From Vicugna vicugna (lineage: Eukaryota), in the NCBI GenBank assembly GCA_013265495.1, contig MU058213.1, positions 3,038,001 through 3,102,000 of the forward strand: a stretch of 64,000 nucleotides of DNA, in the 5' to 3' direction. Shown here piece by piece: positions 26,900 to 40,708 of the stretch; position 1 is the first letter of the stretch, and every line of letters begins with the position of its first letter. The position numbers were made by a program, and so were the translations under genes. Under the pieces are notes generated by a model. The model saw only the letters and a program-made list of their open reading frames with translations. It had not been told where the DNA came from and made no database searches.

Positions 26900-28050
26900 A
26901 AATAGCTAATTCCAAGCTGGGGCAAGAAAAGTGCAAGATGACACTAGAACATCTTGTTAGCCATAAAGTAAGAAAGCATTCAAAGAATGATGAAGAACTG
27001 TCAAAATGACACAGAGTCCGCCTGGAGGAATTCCCACTGACCAACCAGGGGTACTCAGAACATCAAAATAAATAATGACAAAGAAATTACAACCCAATGA
27101 ATACAGTAAGAATCAATGAGTACACACAGATATAATGTCAATAAAAGAAGAAATTTTACAACTGAGAGAAAAGGAAAATGCTCTCTCACATAAAAAAGCC
27201 AATTAATAAATGGAGAAGAAATGATAAAATTTTTTAAAAATCACCATTTGGCAACCATCACAATAGTAACAGATTCAAGAAGAACTCTAAAGGATGCTAA
27301 ACCAGTAGGTACCAGTTTGAGGAGTAACAGGCTCCTTGCAGAGTCTCAATGTGTCTCCCACAAGATGTGAATTGATTAAAAAGGGGGGGAAAAAGTAACT
27401 TTCCAGTGGAGAAAACTAGCAGACACCACCTTAACCAAGTGATCGAAGTTAACATCACCAGTAAGGGACAACATGCACCTCCTGGTACGATGCATAAGAA
27501 GTACACATGCCTGTGATACTCTGGCCAAAGGTGCCTGACCTGAACCTCATCATGGGGAAAACAGCAAACAAATTCAAAGTAAGGAACATTCTATAAAATA
27601 ACTGACTTGTACTCTTCAAAAAGTCAACGTCATTCACAACAAAGGTGAGAAACTCTGGATTACAGGAATTTGAGGAGATATGATCACTAAATCAAATGCA
27701 TGACCCAGGATTTTCTGCTGCTATGAAGGACATTATTGGAACAAATGGTGAAATCTAATAAGGACCATAGATTAAATAATAGAATTTTATCAGTGTTAAC
27801 CTTCTGATTTGGTAACTATACTGTGGTTACGTAAAAGCACGTTCTTATATTGTACACCTAAAACTAATTTAAAATCCCACACACAAAAAACCCACATTCT
27901 TATTTTTAGGATACATACACTAAAGTACACTTAGGAGGAAAAGGCATCATGTCTTCAACTTAGCTAAATGCTAATGGAATATACAAGAGTTCTTTATACC
28001 ATCTTATCAGTTTTTTAAGGTCTGAAGTTACATGAAAATAAAGATTTTTT
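26900..28050 (+). mobile_element. Old L1 (L1MC/MD-like) 3' region in RSL24D1 intron 4
   Basis: gtaactttccagtggagaaaactagcagacaccaccttaaccaagtgatc motif. Confidence 0.7.
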
Positions 28051-28065
28051 TTTAAATGTTCATAC

Positions 28066-28129
28066 CTGTTCATTATAAATTTAGCTTGGCGTTTCTGTTT
28101 GATCTCTTCAACTCTCTTCATTGCATCAA
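28066..28129 (-). CDS. RSL24D1: RSL24D1 exon 4 ([20 protein letters not shown])
   Basis: tttgtag acceptor, GTATGA donor. 64 nt. Confidence 0.97.
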
Positions 28130-29276
28130 CTACAAAAAAATTCATAAAAGTTAAATTTATGTATATTCAGGCAGGGTGATTGTCATCAACAAAAGCATTA
28201 ACAATAACTTCATTCTTTATTCTAATTTAGAAATGTGGAATAGGAATTTAAGCAATTCCAAATCGGCAGCCTAATTTTTTCCATGCAGTTCAGGAAGAGA
28301 AACAAGGCTTTAGAGGGTGTCAAATGCTACTACACACGCCCACGACATGCCATTTCCTCCCCTGAAGTCTCGTGACTAACTGGCAAAAAGGTGGTGAAAA
28401 GGAAGCCCTGCCTATCTATGATCCAACACAGACAGATAAAGCTGGTAGAATTCTAAGTCTCAGACACTTCTAGTTAACAAACCTCCACACCCAAGACTAG
28501 AAATGGCTAAAGGCTGCATAAGCAGACATGTGGGAAGAAGAAAGGCAGGGCGAAGGGCTTCAAACAAAGAGACATACTGGAATCTACAAGCTAGCTTAAG
28601 GAACCAAGTTTTATTACATATGGGAATTTTTTTAAATTAAAGCCTCTCCCTAAATAAATAAATAAATAAATATAACAAATATTTAAGCAGGTAAGAACTA
28701 AATATTGCTTTTAATTTCAGTTCATTGTTCAGCTTCATTGTTGCTTAAGTCAAGCACCTAGAAGTTCTCCTAGAAAATCTGTAATTATCACCTTACGTGC
28801 TGCATTTTTTAACTTAACAAAATCACTAAATTTTATAAGGTATGGATAATACAATATTTCTATCCCTAAACCAAATTATCTAAACTTGTAAGGTGTGTTA
28901 CATTTTCTCTACATCTTCACTACTCACCACACCCAGAAAAGTACTTCACACTCACCCAGAAAAGTACTCTACATCTCTACTTACTTTTCAGATATTTGAA
29001 TGTTTTTATATTTCTGTGTAGGCACTTCAAATACCAAATTTAATAATTATGTTATTTTTATAATGGATATATTAGCCAATTCTGAAAAGAATTTGAAGTA
29101 GCTTATAGTAAAAAACACAAATATAATAGAACCATTACAATGAGGATAAAAGAATAAAAGCTAACCTATGAAAAAGGGAAGAATTTTAACATTTAAACAA
29201 CCAACTGATACTAAAGTTATGATAATATCCCAAACCAGTGTCTCTTGAAAATTCCTGGTATTCCCTTGTGACTTAC

Positions 29277-29349
29277 TAGTTTTATTCCATAGCTCTCGTT
29301 GGTATTTGACGGGTTCATTTCTACGTTTTTCAAATTCAAATGAATTATC
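29277..29349 (-). CDS. RSL24D1: RSL24D1 exon 3 ([24 protein letters not shown])
   Basis: acag acceptor, GTAAGT donor. 73 nt. Confidence 0.97.
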
Positions 29350-31072
29350 CTGTAAGAGCGGGAAAAACATGGTTTTAAGAGAGGTAGAAAGGAAGCATTT
29401 AAGACTTTTTCTCCATTTCACAAAAGTTCCGAGTGTTTCAAGGCATGGACACATATCAAGACTTCCCCCAGGGTGATCCCAGCCAATAGAAGTTTTCATA
29501 CTTTTTCTCCTTTAAACACCATGACATGCAAAATAGCCCCACTAAAAACATCTCTCTAGACATGATTCTTGAAGGAAAGGGAGAGGAGAGGACTGCCCCG
29601 ATCCCTCAGAGGGGCATGTAACAGTCACGAGGATTATAAACAAACTAAAAAGCTTCCCTAAGTTCCCATTCCTAGATGAGACTCACAGCCAGAAAACTAT
29701 GTATGAGACTGAACCATATGAAACTGCTGTTCTCCAAAGAGACCAAAGAAAGTCAAACAAGGAGAATTTCATATGGTTCAACCAAAAAACCTAGCATGTT
29801 TATGTATTTCATTACCCATAAACCTTTGGGTTACAGCCATAAAGGCATGAAACTACACATCTTCAAATAAATGTGGTGCTACTCTGCAGGACATGAGCTC
29901 CACCCTGAAATTCTTTAGGTCCCCTCCAAATGTAGTTGATATTTTGACAATCTTAATATCTTAAAACATGCAAAATAATTTTGGAAAAACTACAGATATT
30001 TCTTGGTTTTCAAATCTATCAGATTCAGACATATGGAACAGCATGCACCCTGCCCTTAGTTACTTCATTTATATACACATGCTTCTGCTGAGATCAGAGT
30101 AACCTCAGCTACAACAAGGTACCTGGTCACCAGCAAATGACTATGACCTGGCATCCTTTCTTCACTCGTACAGCTGCCACCTGTATTTGAGATGCTACAT
30201 ATCTACTCGTCTGGAATGAAAAGTATTTTTCTGACAAAAGTTATGATTTGGCCTTATATCTTGTCAAAAAAATATTCTTTATGTTTACTGAAAAACCTCT
30301 GGTGTTAAAGAAGCTGGGAAAGGGCTTCATGGCGACTGCACAGAAACTGCCTTTAAGGAGTAGAGATGGGAAAGAGTCATGAGCTTGGGGGAAAAGGAAC
30401 TCATGGAGGAAGAAGACAGTTTTAAAATCTCCCTCCCTCAAAAGCAGCCTGTGTAGCAGTTTCCACCTCCTCCCTCCACACAGGTCAAGTGCGGACAAGC
30501 TTCACCAGGTCCTCATACCAATCCAGTAACAGCTACGTGGTGATGGGGGCCCACCTCATGAAAGCCCCTCACCCCCGACTTCCCACTGTTCCTCCTTACA
30601 CCAGCATTACTAACTAAGTTCTCCGCTCTCAGACCCGAAGTCCTCCTAAGGAAATCAAGAAACTGATATTAAGTGAGTCTGTTACAAACCTCATCTGAGC
30701 CCTCACTGTTATTCAAAAATCTTTTAATCTCTTAACCTCCTTTCAAAATCCCTAAGTAGCAATTTCCAACTTCACCTCAACCCATTTAAATGACTCTCCC
30801 CCTTGTTGCAAGAGCCAAAACTACTTTTTTGTGAATAAGGAAAATCACTTCTACAAACTAGATTGAGAATTTTTTCCCTTTTCAGAATTCTACAGATTTA
30901 TGGTTTGGGGATCACATGCGAATGAGATTATTACTACAGCCAAATATAAATAAATCACTCACCAATCACTCTCTAGGAAGCCTGGTTATAGTTAACTAAA
31001 TCACATGTCCTCGCCCCCAAAATTAAAATTTTGAGAACTGTAAACACGACTTTGATAACTAACTGCACTCAC

Positions 31073-31186
31073 CACTGTGAGCTCTTTACCAGCTGCTTTC
31101 CGGAATGCTTTAGTCCATCTGACCTTGCGAGGATTGCGTTTCTTTTTGAAGTTTTTGTGACACTTGGATTTACAGAATCTGAACAC
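31073..31186 (-). CDS. RSL24D1: RSL24D1 exon 2 ([38 protein letters not shown])
   Basis: L24e domain. gtag acceptor, GTGAGT donor. 114 nt. Confidence 0.98.
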
Positions 31187-31649
31187 CTACAAGAAAAGTA
31201 AGGTAAAATAGTGAAAAATAAGTATTAAAAATGTTCATATCATAGGATGTTAGCCTTCCAGACAAAATACACTATAAAGTCTGAGAAATAACAGTGGTTC
31301 TCACTCACAACTGCTTCTACTTACTCACAGGACCATTCAGAAACGTGTGAGGCACATCACATAAAGCACAAATTGAACTATTTTTTGACTATCAAACATC
31401 ATCACAACCAAAGGCTGAGAGTCCCAAAAATATGGTTAAAAACTACCATTTTAATAGAATAATAGTACAATCTTACTATGATCTTGGATGAAGGAAGTGA
31501 TTTTAAGGAAAGTCATTTATTTAAATCCCTCCCCAATTTAGAATAAGTCTCAAAATTCACTTTCTGTATACCTCGCTGAGGGGGTAAAAGTTTCAAACAA
31601 TCATTCCAAAATCTCCTTTGGTTCTTTTCATCACTGCACAAAACAATTA

Positions 31650-31650
<1 letters not shown>

Positions 31651-31690
<40 letters not shown>
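31651..31690 (+). repeat. Pure A40 homopolymer in RSL24D1 intron 1
   Basis: 40 consecutive A. Confidence 0.95.
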
Positions 31691-31696
<6 letters not shown>

Positions 31697-32269
31697 GGTC
31701 AAAATAGGGTATAAACATTTCAAGCTAAGTAAGCTTGTATTTTATATATGTAACACAAAGCGAAACACTCCATTTTATGTATCTGTTCTATAGGGACCTT
31801 CACCAAACACACTAGGACACTATTTTCTTAGAAATGGTCAATGACAGATCAGTGTGATCTAGGCCCATACCTCCTGGAGAGCCCTCTCCTGGGAGACTTG
31901 AGTAAAGCATGTCTACATTCTTGAATTAACTTCAAAGCAACTAGAAAATACGAGAACTACTGTAGTCTCCTGGAGTAACTCACTATAAAATCATTACTGG
32001 TAAAAATTTGAGTATTTTCAGCCCGAAGAACTATTACCTTTGCCTCCTATGTTTAATAGCTACTAGATAACTCCTAAACAAATCCCCATTTCTGAGATAT
32101 ATCTAATGAGAAGTTTGAATTTGTCCTGGGTCTCCTCAGTTCCAAAGAGAGCCAACGGGATGCTACAGGGAAGTCTGCTTGAACTCCATGTCTAATAGAC
32201 GTCATCTGAAAAGCATAATGAAGTATCTGAAGAGACTGGAGTCACTGAAATGGGAAAAGGATTCAATCA

Positions 32270-33560
32270 ACAAGTAAGGAGCAGCTACTACGTGCTTGAT
32301 GCTGTATTTGGTGCTACAAATACAATAACTAAAACATGATACCCTACCTTGAGTAGCTTAGTCTAGCAACATGATTAAGTCTCATTTTGCAAACAAGAGA
32401 GATCAAGATCAGATTAGGACATAAACAACAGGATAAAAGCTATATACAATAATGAGGTATAAAGCAAGATGGAAACACAATAAGGAAGTAGTTAAACCTA
32501 TGGTGGGGTAGGTGGTGGATACAGATTATATGTGAGACAAAGCCTCATAGGCTCTATTTTTCCTTTTAATGTAGTCCTCTGGCATCATCCTCAGTCTTCC
32601 ACATGCAAACAAATGATCCATCTGAGGTTAAAGTTTTTCAGCGCTGTCTTATGCCGCTAATTCAACAAACATTTATTAAGCACATAATCAGACTTTGTAT
32701 ATTTTTTCTGTTTGCAAACTATAAAACTATGGAGCATTAACACACAAATTCTACTTTTAAGAGTTAGGAGGCTATAAAAGTAACAAGTGCCTAATCTGGA
32801 ACTAGGGCAGGACGGCAGAAAGAAAGCTAAGACACCACTATCCTTTGCAAAGACAGAATGGATAGAGCTTATAACTAGACACAAGAGGTGAAAGAGTCAA
32901 GAGTCAAGAAAGACCCTCATGTTTCTGTCTAGATGGATGACAGTATTAATTCAGAGGAAAAAGATCTGAGGCAATAAGGAACTCTCAGTAGGCTCACTGT
33001 TAAGCATAAACAGGATTTCCTCGTCAAGTGGAAAAATTGTACTGGGAACTAGGGAGATAAAGATTTGGGAATCATCAACAAAGGAAAAATGAGGTACTTG
33101 TTCTTCATTAGTGCTTCAGGGCCTCTACTTCTCATTTCCCCAATCGGCTCTGTTCTGGATCCACTGGTCTTCCCTAGAGCAAGTTAGATCCCAGCTAATT
33201 CAACACTGTCCTTGCTGGCAGTATAGACTTCCTCATCAACCTGAACTTCTTCTGTGTCTGCCAGATCAACATCCAACTCTAGACAGCTCCCACTGTCCTT
33301 CCTAATTCTGATATGCAGCTCTGACAAACACTGATAGACAAAAAATCATAAAATCATGACGACCAGATCATCTACAAAGCCATCATGCCCACCATGGATG
33401 AGATTCCAATGTGGCAATCGTTCGATTTATTTCTTTAAATTCTTGGTCACGTTCCTAAGAGCAGGAATTCAAAATCTTCTACATGCTCTTTCAAGTTCCC
33501 AAACATAAGTTTGGTCCCTTACCCTCAGCAAGAACCCTTACTCCTAATTCGAGTTAGGTC
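32270..33560. mobile_element. L2 fragments
   Basis: attcaacaaacatttattaagcac and similar L2 3' end motifs. Confidence 0.5.
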
Positions 33561-33862
33561 AGTATCTTCCATCTTGAATACACATATAAGGAGATGAAGT
33601 AGGAACTGTAAAATTCTTTAGCATGTAAAAAATCAGTTCATTAGAGATTCTTAGAGCCTCTTCCTCTCCCGTCTCAAAGATTCCAACTCAACAGGTCTGG
33701 TGGAAACAAGCAATTAGTACTTTCTACAAGTGTCCGTGCTTCAGAAGCAAATATAAGAGAGATCAAATCCTGAGAAATTCAAGGTGTTAAACAGAAGAAT
33801 GAGATATGTTCTGGTATAAAAAGGCAAATCCAATGTCAAGTCTTTCATAACGAAGCCTTATA

Positions 33863-34292
33863 CAGTGGGTCCCCAACTTAAGATAGTTCGACTTTACGAT
33901 GGCGCAAAAGTGATACACGTTCAGCAGAAACTGTAATTGAAATTTTGATCTTTCGCTGGCTAGCAATACTTGGTACCACTCTAGCGTGATGCTGGGCAGC
34001 AGCAGCAGACCAAAGCCCCGTCAGTCATCCACAAGATCATCATCAATACACTTAAAATCATTCTGTTTTTCAATTTCTGTACAGTATTTAATAAATTACA
34101 TGAGCTAGTCAACACTTTATTATAATATACGCTTTGTTTTAGATTATTTTGCCCAACTGTTGGTTAATGTAAGTGTTCTGAACATGTTTAAGGAAGGTTA
34201 GGCTAAACCATGATATTCAGTAGGTCAGGTTTTTGCATTTCGATTTACCATGGGTTCACCAAATTAACCCCATGTAAGTCAAAGAAGTTGTA
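33863..34292. mobile_element. Tigger5/MER47-like TcMar DNA transposon
   Basis: TA-flanked cagtgggtccccaacttaagat...ccccatgtaagtcaaagaagttg with degenerate terminal inverted repeats. Confidence 0.7.
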
Positions 34293-34739
34293 TTTCTATG
34301 TTTATCCTAAGTCTGTATCTGTATGTTCATAACTTAAGTTTATAGAGGTATCTTTTTAATACAGATTTATATTTGTATTTACAGCTCTACCCCAAGCTAT
34401 CTACATTCCTGTCACATCCTTAAACAGAGGTGTAACTGCTCCACTCTGTGCCTTTGTTCAAACTGTTCGTTTCCCTTCCACCTAGAATGCCTCTTTATCA
34501 AGTTCTTAAGGAAAATGTCGTCTCCTTTCTGTGCCTTTTCACATACGACCCTCCCCTATTCGCCTCCAAGAACTCCATAATACGGAACTCTACTATTAGG
34601 TCATATGCAACATATCTACCGATCTCACTGACCCCAAGACTTAGTCACCTGTATACACACGGACCTCAGCAATGATGCTTGACTGCATTCAATAAGTTTA
34701 CAGAATTGAAGAAATTGGCCCTTGCACAAGAGTGGCCAC

Positions 34740-35610
34740 ACAGACCCCCAGCCTCCCCGCTGGCGCTGGCTGGGATCGCTCCTAAACCTCATTGCTGCCA
34801 GCCTCGCCCCAGGGCTGCCTAGTGACCAGCTCCGGTGGGGACGCCAGCAAGGAGAAACTCCGCAAGCGGGAAGACGAGGAAGGAACTCCCAGTAAAACCA
34901 CCCTCGAGCGCAGAAATCCCGGGCCAAACGCCCCAAGCGCAGAGGAACCCCGCACCAAGCGGGCGCAGCCTCAGGCCCGCGGAAACGCAAGGCGGCCCGC
35001 GGAAGCGCAAGGCAGTCCGCGCTGCTCTCGGCCGCCTCACCTTGCAGTCGTTGCGGACGAACATCATGCCGTGGCCTGGGTAGATGGGCCCCGAACAGAA
35101 ATAACACTTCTCAATCCGCATGTTGAACGCGCGTGACTCCCCGCCGACCGAACGCCGAGCTTCGGCGGAAGTGACGTAGCCCCGTCACAGGAAGTGGTTC
35201 TTGTCTCAGTGCTCCACCCGTCCTCGGCTCTCGCGAGCCTCTGGCAGGCCATCCGAACGTAATAGCGCCTTCTCGCGGCCGCGCAGGCCAAAGCACCGAC
35301 GTTTGACGCAGGCGCAGTGCAGAGTCGGCCCGGTTGCCCTCTCGGAACTCGGTTTATAGCGCCTAGTGTTCGTCTCCAGCATGTCATAAAACATCAGCAT
35401 TTACTCATGTCTTACGTATCTTGTTCCTGGTTTGTGCATTTCCCCAGCGGCTGTCCACACTCGGGCTGTCTCTAGGAACTCCTTTTCCCGCCGCCGGCCC
35501 CAGCCCCGCCCCTGATTGCGGTCCAGGCTGTCTCGCCTGGGGTCCGCGGCGGGAGCCGGGTCCGCCCTGCAACCCAAGCGGTTGTCTCGCGCTCCGAGGA
35601 CTTAGCCGGC
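34740..35610. promoter_or_regulatory. CpG island / RSL24D1 promoter
   Basis: The only strongly CpG-rich stretch of this size in the window, and it spans exon 1. ETS-CRE CGGAAGTGACGT at 35166-35177, second GGAAGT near 35190, TCTCGCGAG at 35229-35237, GC box CCCCGCCC near 35503. Confidence 0.92.
35041..35121 (-). CDS. RSL24D1: RSL24D1 coding exon 1 ([27 protein letters not shown])
   Basis: Rlp24/L24e zinc-binding N-terminus. GTGAGG donor. Lies inside the CpG island. 81 nt. Confidence 0.98.
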
Positions 35611-37389
35611 AGTGTTTTAGAGACTTGTATAGTTTTTAGAGACTTGTATAGTTTACCCCTCGCCCCCGCTTTCTAATTAATATACGTATGTGGTAAAAGC
35701 TGACATTCTCAAAGGAAACTAAGATTCCTCCCCCCCAACCCCAGGCCTCCTGTCCTCTCCAGTGGCAGTCACTCCTTTTTATTACCGACCAGAGGTTTTC
35801 TGTGCACAAACATGTTCACCTGTGTGTGTTCGCGTCTCCACTCCCTCTTCTTTATAGCACTAATGAGCATCCTGTTCACGCTTTTCTGCATCTTGCTGTC
35901 ATCTGCCGCCCCTCCATGGAATGTGAGCTCCATGAGAGCAGGGGTATTTGTCGTTTTATTTACAGTTCTATTCCCAGTACCTGGCTCATAATTTAGCATT
36001 CAATACGCATTTTATTATCAACGAATACTTAACATTCTTTCCCAGTTACATATGCCATTGCAGGAAGGTATTTTAATTGGTCTGGACATGTCTTTCTTTT
36101 CTTTTGACATAATAAACATCCTCATTTTTTTTTCAAGAGAGTTTATATGTATAGAACTGCTGGGCCCATATACACTTAAATTTGGTAGATAGTACTAAAT
36201 GCCTTCCAAAAGGTATTACCAATTAACATACAGTAACAACGAATAAGATGCCTATTTCACCATATCTTTGTCAAAGGTGATCTTTGCCAACCTGAAGTTA
36301 AATTTCTTTCATTATTATTTTAACTTGCATTTATTTAATTAGGAAGGGATTGGGAATCTTGACAAATGTTTGAAATCTATTCTTTCCTCTGAATTGCCTG
36401 TTTTTGTCTTTTACACAGTTTTCTACAGGGTTGTTGATTTTTAACAGCAGTATTTGTAATTTATGTTCAAAAGTTGTCTTTTTTAACTTTAGAATTAGTT
36501 TCTATACCTATAATCTGCAAATACATGTTTTCCTTTTATCTGATACTTTTATTTTTCTTTGCTAATCATTTGACATGCAATTCCTGAACAATGTTAATAA
36601 CAAAGACACAGACCAGAAATTGTAGTAATAAACATTTGCCCAACACCTTCTCAACCAAGAGACTGAAAATTATTTTACTTGTTTGATCTTCTCCCTCTTA
36701 ACCCCCCCAGCAATCACAGAAGTGCCTCATCAGTCTTCCCCAGCTCTTTACACAGTTCCTTCCCCACTCTGTTTTATCCTGCTACTTGACCAAGAAATGT
36801 CCTGCCTGTCTCACCAACATGATAACCCAGCTTCACCCTCTTACCTTCAGTGTCAGAGGCCACATCCCTTATCTGTGTTCTTAATCCCATACCTTAAGGC
36901 TTCATCCGAGACTCTTCCCTCAGCCTCCGAGCTCACTCAGTGCTTCGCTTTAGGCTCAACAGGTGAGTAGCCAGTTTCCTTCTTATTGGCTTTCCTTTAC
37001 TTTCTCAAGAGATCAGCAGTTCATTTAAAAAAAAAGTTCATTATATTTTATCCAGCATTATCTAAGTGCTTTACATTGGGAGAGGTTTCCAGTTACATAG
37101 TCACCGGTACTGCCAAAAGTAGAAAAACAATACAGAGATTTCCAAGTTCTAAAAGGCAAACAAAACATGCCTTACTGAACATTGCTTCAATAGACTGTTA
37201 GCTATGCTGACATCAACTTCAAAAGATCAGAATGTACCTCTCAGATTTTCTAATTTCTCTTTTTACAAGGGATATAATACAGACTTATTACATGGGAGCC
37301 TTTTTTTGAAGTTATTTTCAAATTCCATTCCTGTCTTTGAACATTAGTAGTGACTCCTATTTTGAAAGCTCTTTCTGATGCATCTTAAG

Positions 37390-37860
37390 TCCTTTATTCA
37401 GTCTACCAATAACTATTTCAGTATCTATCGTGTACCAGGACTTTTCTGGGTAGTGGCAACACAATTTTGAAGAAAACTTCCTTAGTCCCTGTCCTCATGG
37501 AGCTTATATCTTAGTGGATGGAGACAAACATACAAATAGAAATGAGTGGTGATAAGTGACATGTACAAAAATCAAAGCAGGATAACAAAGCAGTAGGGGA
37601 CAGTCTGATTGGGGCCATGAGGGAGAAGTGACTGCTACTTTACCTAAGGTAATCAGTAAAGCGCTTCTGGACAAAGTGATACCTGAACTGTCTTAAAGGA
37701 TGGGAGAGGGAGCCATGCAGATATACAAAAGACTAGCATTCCAGACAGAAGGAACAGCAAGTATTCCTGAAGCAGGAACACACCTGACTGCTCCAGGGAG
37801 GCCAGTATCCCTGCCGAGAAGTGAATGAGGTAGACAGTACGGAAGTAAGGTTAGAAAGTC
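37390..37860 (-). mobile_element. L2 3' fragment between RAB27A and RSL24D1
   Basis: gtccctgtcctcatggagcttatatcttagtgg...gcattccagacagaaggaacagc. Confidence 0.7.
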
Positions 37861-38169
37861 CATCTCCCCACATATCCCCTCATCATCCAATCAAGCAGTA
37901 CACCCTTCCCAAGGTCTCTTGTATTCACCTGTTAGTCCCAGTCTTAGTTCATGCCCTTACCATCCTTGTTTTGAGAACAGCACTATAGGCGCTCCATCAA
38001 TGTTTGACGATAACATATTTGAATTACTTGTCCAGGATATGCTGTCTTGGCTGGTCCTTCATCAAGCACGTAATGGAATTTGTGTCCCTGAATTCGGTTT
38101 CCTTTAGTATTACGACCTCTGGTTTGAAACTTTATCATGATAGGAAATGAAGTTATGTTCATATGCAAA

Positions 38170-40321
38170 CTTGACAGATTAAACCACTTTTTTTTATTGT
38201 AAGTGCAATTGGCACAAAGTTCACTGAAGATACACTTCACTTTTACACAAGCTTGTAAATAGAAAAATACACTGACTCACAAAAAGGTGGGACTTCAATA
38301 TCAACTAAAACCAATGATTTCCAAAGAGAATACAAGTAATTTATTTCAATAATTAAAGACGGCTCTTGTGTGTGTGCTGTATCATGTATACAGTTAATTG
38401 TGTATTATGTTTAAGGCCAGTGGAATCTGTAACTAACTGCTCATTTGGTTCCCAATAGGCTGAAACATACAGATATTGTCTTCTTTTTAACAATACAAAT
38501 AAACCATATAAAATGTTCCCTGATATGTAGCTATAAAATTACAATTTACTTCACTTAAGCCTTATGGTAACTTTAGGAGGCACTGCTGGTGATTATGGCC
38601 CTGCCCCTGAAATGTCTGGATCATTTCCTCACTGGGATACACAATTCAAATGCACGGGACTCAAAGACTTCTTAGTATTTACAAAAGCCCTCATTTCAAA
38701 GATAGAAATGTGTAAGATCTTAGTAAGCGCAGCTAAGTTTTTTTTAGGTAATCCTAAGAAGGCAGTGGCAAAAAACAAAAAACAAAAAAAAGCAGGACAG
38801 GTACTCAATAAACAGCTATAGGAAAATTATCATATAAAAGTCAATACTTTCCATCACAGTTGTATTTTTCTAATTCTCGTTATGCCAAACATTTGCCACC
38901 ACAAAATACATTCATTTCTATTCCTTATTTAAATCGTAATGAGTGGTATTTCTCCCTATATAGCCATTCAGCTCCTTGGAAATTGTAATCTACTTTACTT
39001 AAACTACTTTAATAAATAAGAATTTTCCCCCTTTGATTTTATAAACAACTGCCATGAAGCATATTTTGAAACCACCTTTAATTTGGTAAAAAGACACTTT
39101 GGCAATGCAGAAGAGAACACGACCTTGGCAAGATCCAGCAAATGCAGTAAATGCCCATGACCTCAATGGAAAATACGGGCTACAGAACACTTCATTTGTC
39201 TTACACTGAGCTAGAGTATGAGTCACTGCTTAAACACAAACATCCATCTTCCACCAGAGAGTAAACAGATATTTTATGGAATTAGAAACTAATTCCTTCA
39301 ATTCTACCGACGTGAAAATAAAACAAGTGGCAAATGTCAACACTCTAGAGCCTGATGGTGAAAACAGAGGATTAGTGGTTCACAAGCTAATTGAATCTGC
39401 TGTCGGAGGATGCCAGCCCAACGTTATAAATGTGAAGAAAAAGGAGCTAAATGTTTACTTATCACAAATAACTTCAGCGTAAGCACCAGCTATGCTCAGA
39501 TGTAGCCAGCACACAGGCCAGGTATAAATGCACAACTCACGGTGAACTAAAGCCACAGACGTCTGGTTCCCTGACCCGATAATCAACCCTTGAGAGCAAT
39601 GGAATCTAGCAGGGAGCCAGAAGTCTTGCTTCGGTTGTTCACACATGAAGCCACCTTGTCCCTCACCCTCAACCACCTTCCCACCATCAATAGTCACAGC
39701 GAGTATGTAATTGGTTAATCCAGTTTACCCAGGGTCCGTCGATATGGCCAATAATTGGTCCTATATTCATTTTACAGAGAATGCGTGCATAAATTAATGC
39801 TCAAGGACCACTGAACCATGGTTTGTGGATATTCTTATTCAACATTCAAATGGTCTAGATGGCATATTTGAAAGTCACCTGGGGTACAAGCAGGGTTTTT
39901 TAATTTGGATTCAAGTCTGCTAGTTTTATAACTGCATCTAAGATCTTGAATGTGAGACTCTGGGCCTGTGTATGTTAAGGCAGGTGACAGGATCTTCAGT
40001 TAAAATGAACAGAATCATTGCACTGTTCCGGGGCTATGAAATCCTGAATTCTTGAATGATCTACTGCTGTGTGTGAAGGTTTTATAAGGCACTTTTGGGT
40101 ATGAGAAATAGTTATCCTAACTCCCAGGCTGAATCTTAAAGAAATATATACAAAGCTGCAGCGAATGAATTTTTGAACTGGATGCTTCTCTGATAGGTCT
40201 GGTTGGGATGGTGAGAAGCCATCTGCACAAAATGCTCATTCATCTCTCTCTGTGCCCTGTATCCCCCATAGAAGGTCACAGACATGGGCCGCCTGCATCA
40301 CTGTGGAGCTCACTTGACTCT
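38170..40321 (-). other. RAB27A: RAB27A 3'UTR (about 2.1 kb, approximate end)
   Basis: AT-rich, repeat-poor sequence after the stop. Minus-strand AATAAA at 38340-38345 and 38193-38198. Confidence 0.65.

Positions 40322-40708
<387 letters not shown>

Noticed and set aside
34625..35639. Many overlapping ORFs around RSL24D1 exon 1
   Set aside because: Expected stop-codon scarcity in a CpG island. Only 35041-35121 is recognisable coding sequence.
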